64,000 nt of DNA from NCBI GenBank assembly GCA_965204035.1, contig OZ241964.1:1438726-1502725 (forward strand), read 5' to 3'. Of the stretch, positions 21,268-28,060 are shown one piece after another (position 1 is the stretch's first letter; the number at the start of each line of letters is the position of its first letter). Source of the stretch: Thermodesulfobacteriota bacterium. Its GTDB lineage: Bacteria > Desulfobacterota_D > UBA1144 > Nemesobacterales > Nemesobacteraceae. The position numbers and the translations under genes are program-made. Below the pieces are notes generated by a model that saw only the letters and a program-made list of their open reading frames with translations, ran no database searches and had not been told where the DNA came from.

Positions 21268-21517
21268 GGTATAAAATCCTTTGACGCGGATCCTGTAGCA
21301 TGTTAACCGAGACTGGAAAGCAACGACAACCAGATTCGGACTTTCAAAACAGCCACGAAAAACGATACCGAGATATTTAAGGATTGCAAAGAAAAAATTC
21401 CATTGTGTAAGGCCGTGAAAAGCATGCATGGAATTGCAACCGTGGAAATATCATTTCAGAAACTTTCTTTGCAATTCTTCCAGCATCATTCTCCCTCCGC
21501 TTGAAAAATTAGTGTCA

Positions 21518-21540
21518 ATATTCTCTGCGACTGATTTTTC
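21518..21540. repeat. Right copy of the perfect 23-bp direct repeat
   Basis: Identical to 19337..19359. Lies just outside the stop of the convergent gene at 21564. Confidence 0.95.
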
Positions 21541-21563
21541 CCGGCCCCCGCAGATGCCGCACC

Positions 21564-22640
21564 CTACCCGCCCTGACCCGTTTTCTCCGAGACCACTTTT
21601 TCAACAAATCCGAGAATAAACCCTATGAGACGGCGAAACTCACCTTCCCGTCTCCACGGCATCCTGAGCCTGTCGCTTATCTCAACCTGGATTGCGGGAA
21701 CCGAAAACCGCTTCGCGGCGAACTTGGCCACGGTCATCTGCCTTGCGGCGGGGAATATATCGGCTCCTCCGGCCGCGATTTCATGTTCCTGCGCAGCAAG
21801 ATAGAACTTATCAAGAACATCAGGAGCAGAAAGAAGAAACTCTCTCCCCGTTCCCACTCCCGGAAACAGATCCTCGGGCCTCTCGTTTCCGGTGCCGTGT
21901 ATGTCCACAACCAGATCTATTTTCCTCTCGGACAGAACTCTCCCAAGCACAGCCTTAAACCCGCAGTCGTCATAGTAATTTGGGTCTGTTTCCTGTTCCC
22001 TGTTCGCGTAAAGACAGTGGCAGCCGAGAACTAGATGCAACACGGCTCCCAGAGCGGCTGTGTAGAATTCATGACGCTTCAGTTTCCCCATCCTGGTGTG
22101 AGCGGTCGAGTGCGGACAGGTAACCAGAACAGGGACCGTGCCTTCAAGAAAAATGTTTTCTTCAGAGCGACCGTCGGGACGCATCCTGTAATACTGTTTT
22201 TGGATATTCTCGAAACTGACGGCAAAAGAAAAAGGGTCCTCTCCGCAGAGGACGGGGTCCGAGAACCAGTTGCCGCTTTTTATTATGTCCGCATCGCTGA
22301 TCTGGCTTCTGAGCTGCGGGCCGGGTTCATAGGCATAAAAAGACTCTTCTTCCAAGCGGATAACGGATCTTGAAAAAAGCTTTTTATCCACGCCTTCGAG
22401 GCAGTCCACACTCGCGATAAAGAGTTCGGAATCCGGGGGAAGCTCATAAAGCTCTCCCCTGACAGCAAGCGGGGAAGTCTCATCAAACACGGCCGCCGGA
22501 TAACCAAAAGGCGTACGGTAAAGAATACCGGGAACTCTTATCATCCTGAGCAGCCTGCATCGCTCAAGGTGCCCGCTTCTTATCCCGCCCTTTCGCAGGG
22601 TTCCGTAGACAAAAAGCTTTTCGGGCTTCGATTCGGTCAT
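21564..22640 (-). CDS. Fusion protein: gamma-glutamylcyclotransferase/AIG2-like N-domain plus N-formylglutamate amidohydrolase-like C-domain
   Basis: LFVYGTLRKG...GELYEL (GGCT-like), then VLVTCPHST...DIHGTG (FGase-like His/Asp metal motifs). Confidence 0.6.
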   Translation of the reverse strand: MTESKPEKLFVYGTLRKGGIRSGHLERCRLLRMIRVPGILYRTPFGYPAAVFDETSPLAVRGELYELPPDSELFIASVDCLEGVDKKLFSRSVIRLEEESFYAYEPGPQLRSQISDADIIKSGNWFSDPVLCGEDPFSFAVSFENIQKQYYRMRPDGRSEENIFLEGTVPVLVTCPHSTAHTRMGKLKRHEFYTAALGAVLHLVLGCHCLYANREQETDPNYYDDCGFKAVLGRVLSERKIDLVVDIHGTGNERPEDLFPGVGTGREFLLSAPDVLDKFYLAAQEHEIAAGGADIFPAARQMTVAKFAAKRFSVPAIQVEISDRLRMPWRREGEFRRLIGFILGFVEKVVSEKTGQGG

Positions 22641-22657
22641 CGCAGATACCGAGGGAA

Positions 22658-23917
22658 CTAATGCTCACAAGGACCCCAAGGATCCTTTTTGTAGATTAAA
22701 CTCCCTCCTACCATTGAGAACTGGAGATCCTCCGGTTTTGAAGACACTATGGAGGAATAAGAATCGGGGGCAATTCCCCCTTTGCAGCCAATGCATATGA
22801 TGTCGGCACTTTTTCCGACCTCAAGACTCCCTGTCTCCTCCTCGATAAAAAGAGCCCTTGCTCCACCTAGGGTCGCAAAGTAGACCGCCAGACGGGCGCT
22901 TTGCCGTATTCCCTGCTCAACCATAATGTCATGCAGGAACCTGATTTCCCGAAAGAAATCAAGATCTGAGTTACTTGAAAGTCCGTCGGTCCCAAGCCCT
23001 ACCCTTTCATGATCAAGCATCCGGCGCAGGTTCGGTTTACCCACTCTTAGGAGAACATTGCTTCTTGGGCAGAGAATAATGCCGATATCGGCGCCTCGGA
23101 TTATTTCCATGTCTTCATCCATCACCTGGACCATGTGAACGGCGGAGAGTTTTACGTCCCCTCCGCGAAGAAATTCGTTTATGTAGCGTGTCGGAGTATC
23201 GGCCCGTGGCCTTTCGAAGGTTTCCTTTTTTATGAGCGGGAAGATTTTCCGTTCAAATTCATTGGGAAGGTTCTTCAGAAAATCGACTTCATCAGGGCTC
23301 TCGCCCAGGTGGATTCCCGTCGCGACCGCGTTTTCGCGCGCGCGGGAAAAGACCGCCTCCAGAAGCTCCGGACCACAGGAATAAGGCGCATGCGGGAAAG
23401 GTCTTTCCTCGTAGAGGTCTTCGCTTTGAAATTCAAGCGAGGAAAGTCTTGGTGAAATGCGGTCAAAAAGTTCGAGAAACGCGATAATTCTCATCCCCGA
23501 ACTTCTAAGTATCTCCCTCCCGCCGAAATCCAAGGAAGATATTTCCCCTACCGTAGTGACTCCACTTCCGATGACGTCGCGAATCCCCATCCTCATTGAA
23601 TCCTCCACAAAATCTTGATCAACCCCGTCGGCCTTAAGGGTGATCAAACGCTCAAGCCATCCGGTAAAATCTTCGAAACCCCTGATCTTCCCTTTTGTCC
23701 AACTGAGCTCAAGATGGGTGTGGGCGTTTACGAACCCGGGGAGTATTATCGAGTTCGGCTTTCTTATTTTCGGTAAGCCGGGATAGTCAGTCTCGATTCT
23801 ATCTGACGTTCCGATGTCAACGATACGTCCCCCGTCCACGACGACGGCTCCATTGCGAATAGGCTCAGAGCTTATCGGAATCACCACATTCGCCTTTAAA
23901 AGCAGTTTTTCCATCAA
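22658..23917 (-). CDS. Amidohydrolase-superfamily deaminase/chlorohydrolase-like enzyme
   Basis: PGFVNAHTHLELS metal-binding HxH block, later HLGES and TDG(L)SSN blocks. Confidence 0.75.
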   Translation of the reverse strand: MMEKLLLKANVVIPISSEPIRNGAVVVDGGRIVDIGTSDRIETDYPGLPKIRKPNSIILPGFVNAHTHLELSWTKGKIRGFEDFTGWLERLITLKADGVDQDFVEDSMRMGIRDVIGSGVTTVGEISSLDFGGREILRSSGMRIIAFLELFDRISPRLSSLEFQSEDLYEERPFPHAPYSCGPELLEAVFSRARENAVATGIHLGESPDEVDFLKNLPNEFERKIFPLIKKETFERPRADTPTRYINEFLRGGDVKLSAVHMVQVMDEDMEIIRGADIGIILCPRSNVLLRVGKPNLRRMLDHERVGLGTDGLSSNSDLDFFREIRFLHDIMVEQGIRQSARLAVYFATLGGARALFIEEETGSLEVGKSADIICIGCKGGIAPDSYSSIVSSKPEDLQFSMVGGSLIYKKDPWGPCEH

Positions 23918-23934
23918 AAAACGAATCGGTCGCT

Positions 23935-24813
23935 CTATAAGTTTATACTGGAAGGATTTCTCAGTTTGTAAAGAAGATCGTCGCTTAACATTCCCGAGAA
24001 AACTTCTTCCACCTCGCCGCGCATAGTGATTGCCCAGTCCTCACCGACGGTTATGTCCAGGTCTCCGCCAGGCATCAGCACCCTGAGCTTCCGATCCGTA
24101 AGACCGGACTTCACACACGCGGCGGCGACCGCGCAGGAGCTGCTGCCCGAGGCAAGAGTGTAGCCGGCCCCTCTTTCCCAGATCAGAATACGAACGCTGT
24201 CGCGCGAGATGACCTGGGCAAACTGGACATTAGTTCTGTTCGGAAAGACGGGGTGGTTCTCTATCTCGGGTCCGAGTTTTCTTATGAGATCTTCTCTTAG
24301 TTCTTCGAAGAAAATAACGCAGTGGGGGTTCCCCACCGAAACGGCGGTAAAATCAAACTCCGCCGCGCCGAGAGCCAGACGCTGCGCCACCACCTCTTTT
24401 TCTTCTATGTCTACCGGTATCTCGTCCGCCCTGAAAGTCGCCGTGCCCATCTCCACAGTGACGTGGTGAACCTTTCCGTCTTTCTCCTCAACTTCGGCAG
24501 TAACAAGACCACCGGGGGTATCTATGGAAAAAGTACTGCTCGAGGCGTTTTTTCTCTCGTAGAGGTACTTGGCGAAAATCCTGAGCCCGTTTCCGCTTTT
24601 TTCCGCCTCGCTTCCGTCAGGATTGAGAATCCTGAGCCCAAAATCCCCCCTTACGGGGGGGACCAGAAGCAATATGCCGTCAGAACCTATGCCGTAATTC
24701 CTGTGGCATATGAGTTCTATGGCGGACTTGCCGAGATCAAAGTCTATTTCGGCGCTGTCTAAGACGATATAGTCATTTCCCAACCCGTGTGATTTTACGA
24801 AACAGTTCATCAC
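23935..24813 (-). CDS. dapF: Diaminopimelate epimerase
   Basis: KSHGLGNDYIVLD, SVGNPHCVIF and C-terminal GSSSCA active-site Cys blocks. Confidence 0.9.
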   Translation of the reverse strand: MMNCFVKSHGLGNDYIVLDSAEIDFDLGKSAIELICHRNYGIGSDGILLLVPPVRGDFGLRILNPDGSEAEKSGNGLRIFAKYLYERKNASSSTFSIDTPGGLVTAEVEEKDGKVHHVTVEMGTATFRADEIPVDIEEKEVVAQRLALGAAEFDFTAVSVGNPHCVIFFEELREDLIRKLGPEIENHPVFPNRTNVQFAQVISRDSVRILIWERGAGYTLASGSSSCAVAAACVKSGLTDRKLRVLMPGGDLDITVGEDWAITMRGEVEEVFSGMLSDDLLYKLRNPSSINL

Positions 24814-24852
24814 GTCGTTTTCAGTTTTGGGAAAATATTCCGTAAGGAGATG

Positions 24853-25056
24853 TCAGTCCTCCAGAATGAAGGTGATCCTGACGTGGGAGCGGTACTCGGT
24901 AATCTTCCCATCCTCTATGTGGGCGTTCATTTTCGTTACCTCGATTCCGGTAAGACCCCTTATCGTCTTGTTCGCCCTGTCAAGAGCCTCTTGCACAGCG
25001 TCATCCCATGATTTCTCGGATGATCCTATAACCTCTGTCACTCTAGCTACAGCCAT
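24853..25056 (-). CDS. Dodecin-family small flavin-binding protein
   Basis: 67 aa. ...VIGSSEKSWDDAVQEALDRANKTIRGL...HIEDGKITEYRSHVRITF matches the dodecin pattern. Confidence 0.8.
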   Translation of the reverse strand: MAVARVTEVIGSSEKSWDDAVQEALDRANKTIRGLTGIEVTKMNAHIEDGKITEYRSHVRITFILED

Positions 25057-25291
25057 GGTAATCCTCCTTAAAACAGTTTTTTGCCGTAATTCGGGGCCTA
25101 TATTATAACGCTATTTCCAAATCTTTGTAAACCGTCCGCATCACTGAGGCGTGCGCGCTGTTGAGCACGCGCATATGTATCAAGTCCCCGAGTGCGAAAA
25201 AAAATTCTGCCCCGGGATTTCCTGTTTCTGTTCAGAGCTTGACCGGATGCGGGAATTCTGAGAGGCGCCCGAAAGACCTCGGGCAACCAAT

Positions 25292-25320
25292 TTGAATTTA
25301 TTCCCGCTTGCCGTTATACT
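25292..25320 (+). promoter_or_regulatory. Sigma70-type promoter: -35 TTGAAT, 17-bp spacer, -10 TATACT
   Basis: Conserved base-for-base in all three copies. Lies 24 nt upstream of the leader ATG (25345). GCCCGA-N6-TCGGGC hairpin immediately upstream. Confidence 0.7.
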
Positions 25321-25393
25321 GACGGTCGGAGGGTATACAGAAAGATGAGCAAAACAGAAAGAAATCCGTTACTGATGACTGAGAAAGGGGCTA

Positions 25394-25409
25394 CCCCCCC
25401 CCCCATTTT
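25394..25409 (+). repeat. Homopolymer tract C11-A-T4 inside the leader coding region (copy A)
   Basis: Counted directly. The leader ORF 25345..25428 terminates 19 nt after the tract because the downstream signal-peptide frame is offset by 1 nt. Confidence 0.95.
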
Positions 25410-25561
25410 GTCTCCCGCTAAGTTCTGATTCCCCCGGTTTTTCCCGCAAGTCCGCCCGGACGCTTTCCCTTCTCCTGTTCCTGCTGCTCGGCGCGTTCAG
25501 TCTGCCCGACGCGGCTTTTGCCCAGATTCTAAGGGTTGTTTATGCGGTAAAGGACCTAAGC

Positions 25562-27763
25562 GTGTCCGCGGTCGGCAACACGCTGCGAGTGTCGTGGGCT
25601 AACGACACTGATAACGGCTTTGACGCTCCTACTCATCACCTTGTGCACTACACCACCTCGGCCACCTTGAGAAGCGATTTAAGCAATGTAGGCTCAAACG
25701 TAGCCACCCAGTGGGTGGACGCGGGCCACAGCGGCACGACGACCTCGCACACGATCTCCGGTCTGAGCTACGGCACGACCTATCGGGTGCGCGTACAGAA
25801 CCAATATGTAGGGAGTGATAGTCAAAATTCCAACAGCCTTTGGACAACCAGTAGCGCTACGACCGGGGCTGCCCCCACGACCCCCACGACTCCTGCGCAG
25901 ACCGCCGAGCTTGGGGCTATCACGCCTGGCGCCGAGGGCGGAGTTCCGTCCATCTCGGTTTCCTACCGCCCCGTCACCTCCTCCTATATACAGATCGTAA
26001 AGAGCGATCAGCCCGCGTTCGGACCCGGGGACACCTGGCCGGAGCGCTACCGAGAGTGCCCCGGAAGAACCCTGCCCGGCGGCGTCGCCGCGGTGAGAAC
26101 GGAGGACACGTTTACCCCCGGAGTCAAGCGAGTCATTTTCAAGGGGTTTGATAAGGATACCACTTACCTGGTGCGGACTTGCAAAGGTTCAGTCATCTCT
26201 CCCCAGCTTTCCGTCACCACCTGGACCGTTCCCGGACCGCCGAAGGACGAGAAGGTGGTTGGCAGCAACAAGGACGGGATCTGCGTCAGATGGGCTCCTC
26301 CCGACAACAATGGCGGCGAGGGGGCGAGCATAACCGGCTACGATCTCCAGTTCAGGGAGTCTGGTGCGTGGAATAGCGAAGAGGCAAGCCACCCAAGAGA
26401 CGGATGGGTGACGGTTCCCGTCTTCGGAACCAGCACCAGCAAGGATATTCTCCGCCGCAGGGTGGATAACGGCAATGTGCTCTACACGGTGCCCGAAGGT
26501 CTGTACGATGTCCGGGTGCGGGCGAAAAACGGTATTGATCCCGGGAGCAAGTGGGTTACCAAAGAACTGGTGCAGGTGTCCGACCAGGGAACGGGTACCT
26601 GCGCCGCGGGAACATCCGTTCCCGCGCAGACTCCCCCCGCGCAGACTCCCCCCGCACAGACTCCAACGACGGGAGGCGGCGGCACCCCGGGCGGCGGCGG
26701 CACCCCGGGCGGCGGGGGTGGTACTCCTTCCGGCGGCGGTGAACCGCAACTGTCTTCAGACGCTTCCCTGAGCGGACTCCGCGTCTCTGAAGGAGACCTG
26801 ATGTTCAGCCCCGGGACGCGGGACTACGAAGTGACGGTGGGTCTTGAGGTGAGCGAACTCTCACTCACCCCAGAGGCCGGTCACCCCGACGCGGAAATAG
26901 AGATAAACGGCGTCTCCGCGCAAAGCGGAGAGGAAACGCGGATTGATCTCGGGGAGGACGAAACCGTCTCGATAACGATAACGGTCACCGCTCCCGACGG
27001 AGAGACCGCGATAACCTACACGGTAAGAGTTGCACGGGGGGAGGAGTGCGGGATAAACGACAAGGAAGCCCTCACAAGGTTCTACCGGGCCACGGGGGGA
27101 GACGAGTGGACAATGAAAGACAACTGGAACACCGAAAATCCTCTTGGGGAGTGGTACGGAGTAAGTACCGATGAAAACGAAAAAGCAATATCCCTTCTTC
27201 TGGCTGACAACAACCTTGAGGGAAAGATTCCCAGGGAGTTTCTGTGCCTCGCGGAACTCAAGGAACTCGCCCTCTGGGGCAACGAGGGGCTTTCGGGGCA
27301 TGTACCCGAAAACCATACGCTGGCGACAGAGAGGGCCGCGCTTCTTTACATTGCGCGCGCGCTTTCGCTCAACGCCGAGTGGTTCGATACTTACGAAGCC
27401 CCCTATTACGACTTCCCGGAGTGGCATGACGGGGTTACGACGGATGACGGAAGGGTAACGGAACTTTCCTTCTCGGGGGAAGACATAAGCGGAGTGATTC
27501 CCGTAATTCTCTTAACACAGCTAGAAGAGCTTGAGACTCTTGACCTTGAGTGCTCGGGCATCACCCTTGGCGGAGACGCGCCCGCGGGGGTTGAGGTAAA
27601 GGAGGGCTGCGATGAGGAAGAGGAGGAACGGCCGGACGGCGGGGGAGGCTGCGCTCTCGGAGACCAGGGGAGCGGGGGAGCGCCAGGCATCCTGCTTCTG
27701 CTGCTTGTGGCTGCCGTGTACTGGAGAGGGGCTTTTCTGAAAGTCCTCGGACGACCAGTTTGA
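25562..27763 (+). CDS. Family member 1: FN3 repeats, Pro/Thr/Gly linker, cadherin-like beta-sandwich, LRR, GGC tail; disconnected from its start codon and signal peptide (apparent phase-OFF)
   Basis: The frame is open from 25379 and encodes FCLPLSSDSPGFSRKSARTLSLLLFLLLGAFSLPDAAFAQ (signal peptide) with no ATG/GTG/TTG before 25562. FN3-like blocks (LRVSWA..YRVRVQN; VRWAPPDNNGG..YDVRVRAKN). LSGLRVSEGDL..YEVTV cadherin-like. LADNNLEGKIP LRR. Tail GGGGCALGDQGSGGAPGILLLLLVAAVYWRG. Confidence 0.75.
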   Translation: MSAVGNTLRVSWANDTDNGFDAPTHHLVHYTTSATLRSDLSNVGSNVATQWVDAGHSGTTTSHTISGLSYGTTYRVRVQNQYVGSDSQNSNSLWTTSSATTGAAPTTPTTPAQTAELGAITPGAEGGVPSISVSYRPVTSSYIQIVKSDQPAFGPGDTWPERYRECPGRTLPGGVAAVRTEDTFTPGVKRVIFKGFDKDTTYLVRTCKGSVISPQLSVTTWTVPGPPKDEKVVGSNKDGICVRWAPPDNNGGEGASITGYDLQFRESGAWNSEEASHPRDGWVTVPVFGTSTSKDILRRRVDNGNVLYTVPEGLYDVRVRAKNGIDPGSKWVTKELVQVSDQGTGTCAAGTSVPAQTPPAQTPPAQTPTTGGGGTPGGGGTPGGGGGTPSGGGEPQLSSDASLSGLRVSEGDLMFSPGTRDYEVTVGLEVSELSLTPEAGHPDAEIEINGVSAQSGEETRIDLGEDETVSITITVTAPDGETAITYTVRVARGEECGINDKEALTRFYRATGGDEWTMKDNWNTENPLGEWYGVSTDENEKAISLLLADNNLEGKIPREFLCLAELKELALWGNEGLSGHVPENHTLATERAALLYIARALSLNAEWFDTYEAPYYDFPEWHDGVTTDDGRVTELSFSGEDISGVIPVILLTQLEELETLDLECSGITLGGDAPAGVEVKEGCDEEEEERPDGGGGCALGDQGSGGAPGILLLLLVAAVYWRGAFLKVLGRPV
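26621..26665 (+). repeat. 15-bp in-frame tandem repeat x3 (CCCGCGCAGACTCCC), followed by a Gly-rich imperfect repeat
   Basis: Encodes PAQTPPAQTPPAQTP; followed by GGGGTPGGGGTPGGGGGTP. Confidence 0.9.
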
Positions 27764-27788
27764 ATTTATTCCCGCTTGCCGTTATACT
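27760..27788 (+). promoter_or_regulatory. Sigma70-type promoter copy B: TTGAAT-17-TATACT
   Basis: Same sequence as copies A and C. The member-1 stop codon TGA (27761-27763) sits inside the -35 hexamer. Confidence 0.7.
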
Positions 27789-27874
27789 GACACTCCAGTG
27801 TCAGGTAAGGAGGTAGTACAGAAAGATGAGTAAAGCAGAAAGAAATCCGTTACTGATGACTGAGAAAGGGGCTA

Positions 27875-27890
27875 CCCCCCCCCCCATTTT
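27875..27890 (+). repeat. Homopolymer tract C11-A-T4 (copy B)
   Basis: Counted directly. Leader ORF 27826..27909 stops shortly after the tract. The main frame is offset by 1 nt. Confidence 0.95.
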
Positions 27891-28060
27891 GTCTCCCGCT
27901 AAGTTCTGATTCCCCCGGTTTTTCCCGCAAGAGCACTAAAGCAATTTCCCTTCTTCCCGGACTGACCGGCGGCCATGGCGCCGCTCCGGCGGTCTCGCGC
28001 CGGGCCGCGTCCGCGTGGCGCCGCCCCGCCCTCCTCCCCGTCCTCGCGCTGCTGCTCGGC

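Larger units (their letters stand above)
25144..25491 (+). repeat. 5' expression module, copy A (upstream region + promoter + leader + signal-peptide start)
   Basis: Near-identical to 30875..31226. The 3' ~190 bp is also shared with 27741..27931. Confidence 0.9.
27741..27931 (+). repeat. 5' expression module, copy B (truncated on its left side)
   Basis: Shares promoter, leader and tract with copies A and C. The upstream ~120 bp is missing, and the junction lies inside the 3' end of member 1. Confidence 0.9.

Noticed and set aside
19360-21517. Search for an integrase, transposase or terminal inverted repeats inside the direct-repeat-flanked cassette.
   Set aside because: Only the ATPase and Toprim-like genes are present, and the cassette ends show no inverted repeats by eye. 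I therefore did not call it a transposon or prophage, only a repeat-bounded insertion.
25144-25175. A GC-rich imperfect palindrome (GCGTGCGCGCTGTTGAGCACGCGC) at the start of 5' modules A and C, considered as a terminator or operator.
   Set aside because: Only 6-bp stems with a 10-nt loop are possible in either register, and no T-run follows. This is too weak to call. It is conserved only because the whole module is duplicated.
26621-26740. Possible CRISPR-like array, given short direct repeats. The same applies at 13444..13512 and 33466..33540.
   Set aside because: The units are contiguous 15-bp in-frame tandem repeats without spacers, inside ORFs. No cas genes are present.
26189-26749. Minus-strand ORFs within members 1 and 3, also at 31588..32337, 32719..33582, 26861..27427 and 33694..34263.
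   Set aside because: Shadow ORFs of the large plus-strand genes. Their duplicated appearance simply mirrors the duplicated 3' module.
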